In this document: positions 12,815 through 26,350 of the stretch, in pieces
Numbering within the stretch: the first letter of the stretch is position 1
How the letters are laid out: every line of letters begins with the position of its first letter
Assembly (NCBI RefSeq): GCF_009834535.1
Contig: NC_045705.1
Location: 67,704,001 to 67,768,000, forward strand
Reading direction: 5' to 3'
Source: Camelus ferus
Lineage: Eukaryota
DNA: 64,000 nt
Notes under the pieces: model-generated
What the model was told of the DNA's origin: nothing
Database searches by the model: none
What the model saw: the letters and a program-made list of their open reading frames with translations, nothing else
Made by a program: the position numbers and the translations under genes

Positions 12815-14439
12815 CATCTAGGTTGACTTTCCCATCCAAAAGAGTTCATCAGTCCCTGGCTTTTCGTATTAAATGTTTGAAATCTTTTCCGATCTTTCCT
12901 CTGAATTCTCCCCCCAGATCTTGCTGGGATCACACCCCTGCCCCCAGGGGCAGAGTTGACTTTGGTGTTGGTGCCCTGGGCAGGGTTTCTGAGGGCCCAG
13001 CCCCTCCCCACAAGCCCCCTTCCCCAGTAATGATCTGAAGTGTGATGGAGGGAGAATGGTGGTGGTGAGTGTCCCACTCCCAGACAGGATGCAGGTGAGA
13101 GCTAGACTGGGGTCCTGAGTTTGTGAGTGTGGTTGAAGTTAGCAGTGCCTGCTCTGTCCCCATGTTGCTCAGGTCAGGGGCTCCAGGCCAGTGCACAGGG
13201 GCCATGGGCAGCATCCCCCTCTCGCCAAATACTGGCCTGAATAGTGGCCCCTGGCAGAAGTTTGAGTGAGTCCTGGGGGCAGGACTGCTGTCCTGAAAGC
13301 AGAGACAGTGCTTTTCATAGTCTGTCCTGGCCACAGACACAAGGCTGCGAGGAGCATCCTCCCGGCCCCGGTGGAGCCTCTGCCGGCTCCTCGCGTCTTC
13401 TTGTGATGCAGCCTTTCTGCATCATGACTGGGCTCCCTCGGATGGGAGGTTACTGCCCCAGATGTCTTCGGGAGGAAGGTTCTCAGCCTGAATGTCCACC
13501 TCAGTGTACACATGACCAGGAGCCCCACAGCTGGGAGGGCCCACGGACCCCAGGGACTGGACCTGGTCAGTTTCAGCCATGTGGGTGGCAAAGAGCAGGT
13601 GTCCAGGCCAGGCTGGGGGGGCCCCTCCGCTCCCAGCACCAGGTGCACTCGTTGGGGGCAGAGTGGGCCCTGGGAAGGACCCTCAGACCCAGAGGACCTG
13701 GGGCCAGGAAGACATCCAACCAGCACTGGCGGGGCAGGGGTGGGGTGACCCAGGCCTGCACCAGCCCACGAGGGGCAGCAGTGGCTCCTGGGTCTCAAGT
13801 TAAAGACAGGCTGAAACCCAGCCTCCTCTTTAAAATGTAGAATGGCCCTTCCCTAAAATAACACACAGCTGCAGCCGCAGCCTCTGCCCTCCGCGTGGAC
13901 ACCAGGTTGCAGGGCTTTTCCTTTGAAGTTGATTTTCCTCCGTGGAATTTGGCCGGGCCTGTGGCAGTGTTCAAGGCTCTGCACGAGCTCCTTCACGCCA
14001 GCTGGGCTCTGGGAACGGGGCAGCTCACAAATTCCCCATTTAAGGAAACCAGCCGGCCTCTGTTATGAAACCCGGGGGAAGGAATTTGAATTATGCTCCT
14101 CGTGGAGGTCCTGAGCCTTCACACTCTCCAGCCTTCCCTGTTGGCCGCAGTGGAGCATTCGGGGAGGGCATGATTAGATGGCTCTGAGATTTATTCTCCT
14201 GATACCTTCTGGGCAGCCGGCAGGAGGGCTGGGCTGTTTCCAGGCCACCGGGGGTGGGAAAAGCACAGGGAAAAAGGCGTCTGCACCAGGCGGGCGGGAG
14301 CCTTTGCCGAGCTGGCCCACAGCACCTGCGAGCCTCGGGCTGCTGGGAAACCCACTAGCACCCAGGCCTCCTGGCCAAGAGGTGAGTCAGAGGGTGGCCA
14401 GACTCTGGCCTCAAGTGGAGAACCAGGCTGTGCCCCCGA

Positions 14440-14575
14440 ACATGTGACCTGGGGCAGCACAGTCCTTCTGAGCTTCGGTTTTCTCACCTGTCCGATGGGG
14501 ATAGTGATTCCCGCTTTCCCTGCGTTGTCACTAGATGAAAAGGAGCGGTTAAGAGGCTTTTTGGAGAGGTGTTCC
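14440..14575. mobile_element. MIR SINE
   Basis: tgtgacctggggcagcac...ctgagcttcggttttctcacctgtccgatggggatagtg. Confidence 0.7.
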
Positions 14576-15779
14576 GATGAACTGTGCTCTCTTCTCTGTC
14601 CCACAGGGGCTGAGAGGGGAGCATGGTGACAACAGCTGGGTATGGTTGGCCCCTCGGACCCCCCCATCCCTGCACAAACTCATTCTCATTCATCTTGTCA
14701 CAGCCCCTCCAGCAAGTGGCCATGGCACCAGCTCCAAGTGACACCCCCCGGGAAGGCTGCATGGCCCCACAACTTGGGGTGGCCCTCGGGTACCCGCAGC
14801 TCCTGGGCCACAGTGCTCCCGTCGGGGGGGAGTGGCAGCTGTGTGTGTATCACTTTCCCTCACCCGCTGAACAGAGACCCCCCATGGGCGAGGCTGAGCT
14901 TGTTCTCCCGTGTCCCTGATGGCTCCGCTGATCTCTGATGGATGGCAGCTCAGGGTTTGCTGAAAGGGATGAGCCTCTGAAGATGTGGAGGCCAAGAGCG
15001 GGGGAGGGGGAGGTGTGGGTGGGGAGAGTTGACCGGGAATACAAGCAGCTTGAGGGCCCACTGAATCCAGGACTTCTGAGAAGTGACACTGTTCTCACTC
15101 ACACGATGTCTATGGCCCTGCCTCTACCGTCTGTGCTCCCGGCAGGCCTGCCCACCGTGGCATAGGTGGCTCCCTCCCCGTCGGAGTTCTGGGCCAACTC
15201 CCACTGGCCGAGCGTGAACTGGCTGCCTGTCTTTAAAGCAGTCACCGAGGCTAAGGGTAATGGGATTTGCTTATTGTTCAAGGCTGATCCTTGCCCACCC
15301 CAGGAGATGGGAGTCGGGGTGACCACACACCTGAAGAGTTTCATGAACTTTGAGTTGGGAAGGTGGTCCTCAAAGGTAAATCCAGGCACTGTCCCCCTTC
15401 TTTGCGGAGAGACACTGGTGTCCTGTGACTTGTCCACAGCTGCTGGGATGGGAGCCCTAGGGGCTCGGATCCTCCAGGCTAGTGAGGTACCCCCTCTTCC
15501 ACTGGAGAGCCACACCCAGACTCTAGGGACACCGTGCGGGGGCCCCTCCTGGAGAGCTGGCACCAGTAGGGTTTGAACCCGTCACCCTGGATGCCTGATG
15601 ATACTGTGTATTGTCTCTGCTCACATGGTGGGATGTCAAATAAGGAAGCCTCTAAGGAGGTGGTGGTTTCTCACTGGAAACTCTGAGAACATGGTTAAAC
15701 AGAGCTGAATCACCCACAAACCCACTCAGGAGTAACTTACGTTTCAGTGTATACCTCACCGACGTGTTGTTTTTAATAG

Positions 15780-16170
15780 ACTTTTTTTTTTTTAAGCAGC
15801 TTTAGGTTCACAGCAAAATGGAGGGGAATGTACAGAGAGTTCCCATATGCCCATGTTTAATTGGTGACTTCTGACAAAGATTTAATGTCATGTACCCACC
15901 ATTCTAGCAGCCTGCAGAATCATTTCGCTGCCCTACAAATCCTTTGTGCTCCACCGCCTCCTCCCTCCCCTCCCCTGGCCTCCCCCAGCCTTGTTACTGT
16001 CTCCGTAGTTTTACCTTCAACAGGGCATCATACCCCTGGAATCATAGTATGTAGCCTTTTCACGTTGGCTTCTTTCACTTAGTAATTTAATATGCATTTA
16101 ATATTCCTCCCTGTCTTTTCATGGTATAATAGTTAATTTCTTTTTAGCACTGAGTAATATTTGATTCTAC
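15780..16170 (-). mobile_element. L1MB/MC-type 3' end
   Basis: gcagctttaggttcacagcaaaatggagggg...ggaatcatagtatgtagcc...ggcttctttcacttag. Confidence 0.75.
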
Positions 16171-16433
16171 ATGCTTTAATTGACTTTTAGAAGTTCATTT
16201 ACAGCATTTGCATGGTAGCAAAAATTTCGGAAGCAACTCAGACGTCCAACGTGGAAGCACTTAAATTATTTACAGTACTCTATTGCTACTAAAGGAACAA
16301 GGAGGATTTCTATCAGTAAAAAGAAGCAGGTACCCAGACTATATCGCTAAATGAGAACAGGTTGAAACAGCATATTTGATTATCCAACTTTGAAAATTAG
16401 TATATTACTAACTGCTTAGCAAATCAGAAGTAA

Positions 16434-16784
<351 letters not shown>

Positions 16785-17671
16785 TAAGTGCCACCCTTCT
16801 GGGATCTGGGCCAGTCCCAGCGGGGCCTTGGAGGATCCTTCTTAACTCAGACCTGTGGTCTCGTACCTGTAACCCTGGGGCTTGAGGCATTCAGGACTTT
16901 TCAGAGCTGAGATCAGTAGCAGAGTGCACAGGCCACATCTGATGTCACACCTGGGCAGGGTTTGGGGTGGCACCTGCATCTATTTTATAGGGAGATGTAG
17001 ACTGTTCACTCTACGTGGGATGGAAACGGCTGGAAAGGGCCCCACCTTGGCGTCCAAGTGTTGCCACACAATGAGTAACAGAGTGTTTTGGGTTTTACAA
17101 CTGCAGATAAGGGCTTGTGGACCTAAGACCCAAGGCGCTGACGGGGCTATGGATTATTCTCTGCTCCCTGTCCTTATGCAGCTCTGTGTCTGGGAGGCAG
17201 GTGCAGGGCCAGGCATGTGTTCACAGCATTCCCAGCTTGCCAGAGGGCCTCACACGTAGTAGGTGCTCAGTAAAATAGGCTGAATGAATGAATGGATGGA
17301 AAGCAGTTTTTCCTTGTTGGTAATTGCTTTCAGAGCTCTCTGGGCAGCTTAACAGCACCCCCCCCCCCCCGCTGCCATGATGCTTTACCTGTGGGAACGT
17401 CCCCTGCAGGAACAGGTGAGGGGCAGTTTATTCACTGACCGAGTGCTGCCTGCTGGCTCTGTGCCAGGTCTTGGGGATACTCCTGGGAGGACAGACCCCG
17501 TTCCTGCACTGGCGGGGCTCCTGGACCAGGGGTAGCAGATGGGTGCCGGTGCTGAGGGCGGTGGTGGCACTGCGTGGGAAGAACTCAGTGGCTGGATCCT
17601 GTAGACACAGGCGGACACCCACTGGAGCAGACGTGAGGATGCGACAGGTTTGCTACCTTTTGTCCAGGCCG

Positions 17672-17950
17672 TGTGCAGTGGTCGTCTATTGCTGTGTAAC
17701 AAAGTACCGTAAACCTTGGCAGCCTGAACCAGCAAACAGACTTTTGTAGTGGGGCATCAGGAATTAGGAGTGGCTTAACTGGGTGGTTCTGGCTCTGAGT
17801 GTGTTCCAAGGTTATAGCCAAGCTCCTGGCTGGGACTTTGGTCACTGAAGGCCTGACTGAGGCTGGAGGATCCACTTCTAATGTCCATCTCATGGCTGGT
17901 GGCCAGGAGGCCTCAGTTCTTGTTGGACTTCTTAGAGCTGAGCTGTGTAC
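17672..17950. mobile_element. MLT1 (ERVL-MaLR) LTR fragment
   Basis: ctattgctgtgtaacaaa...ttaactgggtggttctggctc...tgactgaggctggaggatccacttc. Confidence 0.75.
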
Positions 17951-18184
17951 CCCGGCTGATCAGAACCATTCTGTCCCATTGTCCCTGAGAGCACAGACTG
18001 GCCCGGGGCCTGGTTTGAGATTTGAAAAGTGTGGCAACCTGGGGAACTGTGGTCCTTGGAGAGATGAGTGACCCTGGAAGTTATGACAGGTGAATATTAG
18101 AGTCTAGAAAGGCTGCAGGCCAGGAGTGCCCTGGTCAAGGGATTGTGACAGGGGACAGTGAGGATAATGGTGGCATTTAAAGCA

Positions 18185-18440
18185 TGGTAATGGTGGTGGT
18201 AGTGATAGTGGTGGTAATGATGATGGTGGTGGTGATGATACTGCTGGTGGGGATGATACTGGTGGTGGGGATGGTACTGGTGGTGGGGATGATGGCGGTG
18301 GTGGTGGTGCTGGTGGTGCTGGTGGTGGTGCTGGTGGTGGTGGTGTGGTAACAATAGTAGTGGTGGTGGTATTAGTAATGGTGGTAATGATGATATTGAT
18401 GAAGATGGCAGTGGTGGTGGTGACATGATGATATGGTGGT
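18185..18440. repeat. (GGT/GAT)n low-complexity trinucleotide tract
   Basis: Direct reading; produces a spurious poly-His ORF on the minus strand. Confidence 0.9.
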
Positions 18441-19189
18441 AGCTAACCTTTCCATGACACTTGCTATTTGCCAGAACATTTGTCAGTTCATTTCATGCTC
18501 ATACCAACCCTATGAAGTGTTTGCTATTTTGATCCTCTGTTATGATGATGCACAGAGAGGCACGTGCACTCGCTCAAGGCTACAGGGCTGGTCAGAGCCA
18601 AGGCTGAAAGGGGGGCACTGTGGCTCCAGGGCCCACCCTCAGCCCCTCTTCTGCCTGCCTGACCACCAGATTCTTCTGGCTCTGCAGGTGGCTCTTTAGG
18701 GATGTGCCCGGGGCTGTCCAAAATGGAACACAATCTGCTGGTCAGGAGGGTGAGCACTGGGGCCAGATGGACCTGCTGGGCCCGTCTCGGCTGTGGCCAT
18801 GGCTGGGTTGCTTCACTGCTCTGAGCCTTGGGGCCTTGAATGTGAATTGGAGATAGGAATTATACTTTCTGGAGGTATTCACAGGGTCCAATGGGGCAAC
18901 GTGCATAAAGCTGGGTGCACATGTCTGGACACAGGAAGCGCTCAGTGAAGGCTTGTGTGTCGGGGTGTTCCCAGAGCGAACGGGAGGGAGGCAGAGGGGC
19001 ATGGCTGGAGCTGCATCCCAAGGGGAGGGGCGTCCTGAGAGGAGGAAGGGGGTGGGCAAGGCGAGCCGAGGCCTGGCACTAGCTTCCCGTGGGGCCTGTG
19101 GCCGAAGCAGGGCTCAGGGAGGAGGAACGGCCTGAGGAATGATGGGCCTCGGGCTTCTCTGATCAGAACAGGACGTCATGGGAAACCTT

Positions 19190-19692
19190 GAGTCAACATA
19201 GGACCCAGCAGTTCTACTCCTAGGTGCACACCCCCAAAGAACTGAAAGTTGGTAAAAATAACTACTTATACACGAATGTTCACAGCAGGACTCTCCATAA
19301 TGTCCCAAAGGTGGAAACAATCCACACGCCCACCAATGAGTGAAGGATGGATGGATAAACAAGACGTGGATGGTCCACACAAGGGAGGGTTGTTCAGCTG
19401 TAAAAAGGAGTGAGGCACTGAGAGATACCACACCACAGACGGGCCCCCAAAATGTGCTGCTGAGTGAAAGAAGCCAGACACGAGAGGCCACGTACCGTAT
19501 GGCTTCGTTGATGTGAAATGTCCGGGACAGGAGGCAGCCTGGTGTTACCGGGGGCTGGGGGGGCGGAGGGGAAGAGTAACTGCTTCCTGTGTTTGGAGTT
19601 TTCCTATGGAGATGGGAATTTTCGGGAAATACCTGGAGGAATCACACACTTCGAAATGGTTAATTTTGTGTTAGATGAATTTCGCCTCCATA
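19190..19692 (+). mobile_element. L1MB-type 3' end
   Basis: gacccagcagttctactcctagg...aatgttcacagcagg...tgagtgaaagaagccagacac...tggttaattttgtgttagatgaattt. Confidence 0.85.
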
Positions 19693-19699
19693 TAGCTTC

Positions 19700-20058
19700 T
19701 TATTTATTTTTGGTTGTTTATTAAGTTACAGTTGACATGTAACCTTGTGTTAGTTTCAGGTGTAGGGCATTATGATTTGTTCTACGTGTATATTGTGAAA
19801 TGAATCCCCTAAGAAGTTTAGTTAACATCCATCGCCCTACCTAGCTACATTTTTTTTTCCTTGTGATGGGAACTTTTAAGATCTACTCTCTTGGCGACTT
19901 TTAAATATACAATACAATGTTGTTAAGCATAGTTGCCATGCTGAGTGTTACACCCCCAGGACTTACTTATCGTACAACTAGAAACTGGTACCTTTTGACA
20001 CCCTTTCACCCCCCACCCCCGGCAACCTCGTCTATTCTCTGAATCAGTGAGTTCGGGT
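19700..20058 (-). mobile_element. L1MA-type 3' end
   Basis: acttttaagatctactctcttggcgactttt...aactagaaactggtaccttttgac. Confidence 0.75.
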
Positions 20059-20059
20059 T

Positions 20060-22850
20060 TTTAAATTTTTTTGAAATTGAATTATAATTAAGTAACATAC
20101 AGTAGAATTATATTAGGTTCTGGTGTAAAACTTAGTGGTTGGATTATGAAATGGTCATGAAGGTCACTTAACTATCCATCACCTACAAAGTTATTACAGC
20201 CGTGCTGACTTTATTTCCTTTGTGTCCATTGCATACATCCCCATGATTTCTTTATCTTGTAGCAGGAAGTTTGTACCTCTGACCCCCTTCACCTGTTTCA
20301 TCTGTACCCGCCACCGGCTCTGCTCTGTCAACCACCTGTTTGTTCTCTGTATCTAAGTCTGTCTCTGTTTTGTTTTGTTCATTTGTTTTGTTTCTTAGAT
20401 TTCACATATAAGTGAAATCATATGGTATTTGTTTTTCCTCTGTCTGACCTTTTTCACTTAACATAATACCCTCCAGGTCCATCCATGTTGCCACAAATGG
20501 CAAGATTTCATTCTTTTTTTTGTGGCAGAGTCATAGTCCAGTGTGTGTGTGTGTGTGTGTATCACATCTTCTTTATCCATTTATCTATCGATGACACTTA
20601 GGTTGCTTCCCTACCTTGATTATTGTAAATAGTGCTGCAGTGAATGTAGGGGGTACACATAGCTTTTCAAGTTTGTGTTTTCATTTTCTTTGGAAAAATG
20701 CTTAGAAGTGGAATTGCTGGATCATACGGTGGTTTTATGACTAAAAATACTGTTTCCCTTAGTAGCTGCACCAATTTACATTGCCACCAACAGTGCAAGA
20801 GACGAGTGATGTTGAGCATCTTTTCATGTTCCTGTTGGCCATCTGAATGTCTTTGGAAAAATGTCCATTCAGGTCCCTCTGCTTATTTTCAATCTGGTTT
20901 AATCAGATTGTTTGTTTTTTTGATACTGAGTTGTATGAGTTCTTTATATATTTTGGATATGACCCCCTTACTAGATATATCGTTTGCAAGTGTCTTCTTC
21001 CATTCAGCAGGTTCCCTTTTTGTTTTATTGGTGGTTTCCTTTGCTGTGCAAAAGCTTTTTAGTTTGATATAGTCCCATTTGTTCATTTTTGCTTTCATTT
21101 TCTTTTGCCTGAGGAGACGTATTTAAGAAGATATTTCTAAAACTGATGTCAAAGAGTATATTGCCTATATTTTCTTTTAGGAGTTTTATTATTTCGGGCC
21201 TTACATGTAAGTCATTAATTCATTCTGAGTTTATTTTTGTATGTGGTGTAAGAAAGTGGTGTAGTTTCATTCTTTTGCATGTAACTCTCCAATTTTCCCA
21301 ACACCAGTTATTGAAGAGACTGTCTTTTCCTCCTCCTTTGTGGTAGATTAACTGACCATACAAGCATTGGTTTATTTCTGGACTCTGCTGTTGCATTGAT
21401 CTATGTCTCTTTTGGTGCCAGTACCATACTGTTTTGATTACTATAGCTTTGTAGTGTAGATTCATTTCTGAGTGAATATAATACCTCCAGCTTTATTGTT
21501 CTTTCTCAGGATTGTTTTGGCTATTTGAGGGCTGTTGTGTTCCCATACAAATTTTAAGATTATTTGNNNNNNNNNNNNNNNNNNNNNNNNNNNNNNNNNN
21601 NNNNNNNNNNNNNNNNNNNNNNNNNNNNNNNNNNNNNNNNNNNNNNNNNNNNNNNNNNNNNNNNNNNNNNNNNNNNNNNNNNNNNNNNNNNNNNNNNNNN
21701 NNNNNNNNNNNTCCTCTCCTCTACATCCTACAGGTTTCTGAGCATAGGCCTTTCACTTACTTGGTTAAATTTACTTCTAGGTATTTTCTTCTTTTTGATG
21801 TAATTGTAAATGGGGTTGTTTTCTTTATTTCTCTTTCTGGTAGTTTGTTATTAGTGTATAGAAACACAACAGGTTTCTGTATATTAATTTTGTATCCTGC
21901 AACTTCACTGAATTTATTAGTTCTAGTAGTTTTTTGGTAGCATCTTTGGGGTTTTCTATATGTAATATGCNNNNNNNNNNNNNNNNNNNNNNNNNNNNNN
22001 NNNNNNNNNNNNNNNNNNNNNNNNNNNNNNNNNNNNNNNNNNNNNNNNNNNNNNNNNNNNNNNNNNNNNNNNNNNNNNNNNNNNNNNNNNNNNNNNNNNN
22101 NNNNNNNNNNNNNNNNNNNNNNNNNNNNNNNNNNNNNNNNNNNNNNNNNNNNNNNNNNNNNNNNNNNNNNNNNNNNNNNNNNNNNNNNNNNNNNNTGTGG
22201 TATATTCCCTCTATACCCACTTTGCTGAGAGTTTTTATCATAAATGGATATTGNNNNNNNNNNNNNNNNNNNNNNNNNNNNNNNNNNNNNNNNNNNNNNN
22301 NNNNNNNNNNNNNNNNNNNNNNNNNNNNNNNNNNNNNNNNNNNNNNNNNNNNNNNNNNNNNNNNNNNNNNNNNNNNNNNNNNNNNNNNNNNNNNNNGTAT
22401 ATGATTCTTGTAATGTGTTGCTGAATTTGGTTTGCTGTCTTTTGTTGAGGCTTTTTACATCCATGTATATCAGGGANNNNNNNNNNNNNNNNNNNNNNNN
22501 NNNNNNNNNNNNNNNNNNNNNNNNNNNNNNNNNNNNNNNNNNNNNNNNNNNNNNNNNNNNNNNNNNNNNNNNNNNNNNNNNNNNNNNNNNNNNNNNNNNN
22601 NNNNNNNNNNNNNNNNNNTTCTTTAAATGTGTGGCAGAATTCACCAGATGGAACCATCTGGACCTGGACTTTTGTTTTTGATTACTGATTCAATTTTGCT
22701 ACTAGTTATTGGTCTGTCAGATTTTCCGTTTCTTCATGATTCAGCCTTGAAAAATTGTATGTTTCTGGGAATTTATTCACTTCCTCTAGGTTGTCTAATC
22801 TGTTGATATGTAACTGTTCATAATATTCTTTTATGATCCTTTGTTCTCAG
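20060..22850 (-). mobile_element. 5'-truncated degenerate LINE-1 (3' UTR plus ORF2 RT and C-terminal remnants), four N gaps
   Basis: Minus-strand peptides [58 protein letters not shown] are L1 ORF2 signatures; stops and frameshifts present. Confidence 0.93.
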
Positions 22851-23237
22851 TTTTTAAAAATGACATCAAGAAAACAGAGAAAAGTTAATGTAAGGTCAGA
22901 TCAAGAAAGACCATGTATGTATGTTTTTCAGTTGTTCAGTAACACCTTTTGAGCATTACTCTCTCCTAGGTGCTGTACCGGGGGGCTGAGGTCACAGGTG
23001 ATGACCACCCACCTGCAGCCTCCACCTCAGGGAGCCGATAGTGGGGTGAGGGTCATTAAGCCAGATAATCACGTGCAACCAGTTATGTGAATTAGCAATT
23101 CTGTTACCAGGCAATCTCATTAAAACAAGTTCTCATTTGCTGGGCATTATAAATGCATGGAAGAGAATAGCTTTTTTTCAGGTTGATACAAGTTTAATTT
23201 GCTTTGATGGTACAAATTATTGGCATTACAGGAATGA

Positions 23238-23900
<663 letters not shown>

Positions 23901-24871
23901 TGACCTCAGAGCAGCAGAGGAGCAAAGCGGGTGCTTGCTAGCGTGGAGGGAGGTGTGTGCAGAGTGCAGGGCAGGCTGGGCGGGACCCCTCTGCAGAGCT
24001 GTGTGGGATTGCTTTGGGTGGGGCTCTGCCCCAGTGGTCCTCAGTGGCAAAGGGATTCCCAAGGACGGTTCCCCTGTTTTCAGGGCCCAGTGGAAGTGAC
24101 ATATTTATTAATGAAAAGTCTGCTCCAAGCCAAAGTTCTCAGCTTGGGGTCCCCATGGAGCTGTGTGCCAGGGGTCCCTGATGAGGAAAAGCCCCTGTGA
24201 TAGGCAGGCAGCAGGGCCAGGGCCTTGGGCTCACCTGCTCCTTCAAGGACCACCACCAGCTCCCATGGGGACCCTGGAGCTGGGGTTCTGGCCATGGTGC
24301 TATTGAAGTTTCAAACTTTGAAGTTAAAAGTGGGGCCCCAGGGTTGGGGCTCTCTGGAGATGTTTTCTGGGGAGAACATCGTGGTCCTGGAACTCGGGTG
24401 GGTTCAGTGCTTTGCGTTTCACGGGTACTGCCCCCTCCCTGCCTGGGGCACAGATGCCTGGAGGGGCTGTCAGTTTGGCTGCATGTTGGTTGCAGAAGGG
24501 CTTGGGAGGCTGAGAACACTGTCATCTGTTCTGAGCGGCTCGGCCCACCGTCCAGGTGTGGCCACCAAGCATCTGTGCAGAGCCCGTGGGTTCGGGCACG
24601 TCGCAGAGATCAGACGGGCCTCTGCTCTGGGAACCGACTGACCCAGGGCCCCACCGTTGCTGCATGGGCAGGTCCTGGGATCCTTCCGGGGAGGCCTGGG
24701 GCGGCCTCCACAGAGGAGGTGTCCTTCAAGGGGCCCTGAAGAAGATGGGGTTTCTTGCTGTGGGAGGTTGGGAGGAGGGGGCAGGTGGGAGGATGCCCAC
24801 ACCGGGAGCGGTGGGTGTGGGGCTGGAGGGTCCGTTCTGGAGCCTTCTCTCAGCTGCCCTGTTCTCCCCAG

Positions 24872-25003
24872 TCCACACACGATGTGAGGAGGACAACGGC
24901 GGCTGCTCCCACCTGTGCCTGCTGTCCCCAAGGGAACCTTTCTACGCGTGCGCCTGCCCCACTGGCGTGCGGCTTCAGGACAACGGCCAGACGTGCAAGG
25001 CAG
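24872..25003 (+). CDS. LRP5: LRP5 exon 5 (132 bp), EGF-like repeat 1
   Basis: ccccag|TCCAC, GCAG|gtgagg; [43 protein letters not shown], six Cys. Confidence 0.99.
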
Positions 25004-26039
25004 GTGAGGAGGGGTGGCCGCCGGCGTGGGTGCCCCGCAGCCTGCTGTCTTGGTGGGGGGTGCCATGTGTTCCGGGCTCTGATGCCCGATGGGCGGATGA
25101 CCTCCTTACTCAGATTCTTGTCTATAAGATGAGGTCGTGACAGACAGGCAGAGACCCCAAGTGCCCAGCACGCTGCCAGCGTGTGTGGACGCATCCTAAA
25201 AGTTGGCTGTCTTTTAACTATTAGACCAAGGCTGTATTTATTGTCTCCAGAATGGTGGGGTTAGAAAAGGTGGGACGGGGCGCCCGGCAGACACGTTCTC
25301 CGGTCCTCATCCCACCCCTGCTGAGTGCACCTGCTGCTGCAGCCCCGCGGCCAGCCCAGGCGTCTCTGCTTTTCTGCTTTTTCATGAGCGTTTTCCACGT
25401 GGATATGGAATGTAGAATTGACTTTTGTCCTTGCGTCCCACTCCCGTGGAGTCTTCACACCATGATAACCCCACTCCGTGGAAACCTAGGTCGCGAATAC
25501 AGTCTTACTGGGAGTTTTCTTTAGCGGGCATGAACTTCAGTTGATCTCCCCCCACCCACACGTGTTTTTCTTTGCTTTAGGTATTTTCCCACCTCTTTAT
25601 TGTCTCCCTTAATTTTTAGGCACTTGCTGCTTCAAGGACTCGTGCTCTGGTTATTTTGAATGAAGCGTCTCCCTTCTCTGTGGCACTGCCTAGGGGCCTT
25701 CACTGCCTGGTGTTGGGTTCAGGGTGTGCTCCTCCGGAAATGAAGTGCATCCGGGCGCAGCCCGTCCGGAGGGATGTCCAGGGCCCAGCACAGCCAGGTG
25801 GTGTGGGGGCAGACTTGGGCCTGACCGGCGAGGGGCCTTAAGTGAGAGATGGCAGGAAGCAGCCGTCCCTGGGCTCACCCCACTTGGGGGAAAGGAAGTG
25901 GGGCAGGGGGCTTCCCTGGTGTCCTGGGGGCAGAAGAGAGGGAGCATTAGCGGAACTTGGATATTGGTTTAAAACAAAAAGTTTTAACAAGTTTGAGATG
26001 GAGACTAATGCCCTGGCAGTAGGCGGGGACTGGCTACCT

Positions 26040-26175
26040 GAGATGGAAGGTCGGAGAAGGTCCTTCCCAGGAGACACTGTTTAAGCTGAGACTTAAAGTA
26101 TTAGCAGAGTGGAGGGAGAAGGAACAGTGAGAAGGAACAGCCTGTGTGGCGGCCCTGAGGCAGGAGCGAGTTAGT
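26040..26175 (-). mobile_element. L2 fragment
   Basis: taagctgagacttaaag...gaaggaacagcctgtgtggcggccctgaggcagga. Confidence 0.6.
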
Positions 26176-26177
26176 GT

Positions 26178-26350
26178 CAGGACTGACCTCCCAGGCGTCC
26201 GATCTGTGCAGTCATCGGGGGCTCTGAGTTCAGAAGGGCCCCATGCTTGGTTTAAAGCTCCGTTGTCAACATGAAATGCTTGATAGTTTTGAGCAAGGGG
26301 CCCTGCATTTTCATTTTGCAGTGGTCCCTGTAGTTTATGGAGCTGGTTCC
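26178..26350. mobile_element. MER53-like hAT MITE
   Basis: cagaagggccccatgcttggtttaa...gcaaggggccctgcattttcattttgcagtgg. Confidence 0.7.

Noticed and set aside
18097-18426. Poly-His/Pro ORF on the minus strand
   Set aside because: Translation of a simple GGT/GAT repeat
20889-22644. Active LINE-1 ORF2
   Set aside because: Fragmented by stops and frameshifts, 5'-truncated, no ORF1
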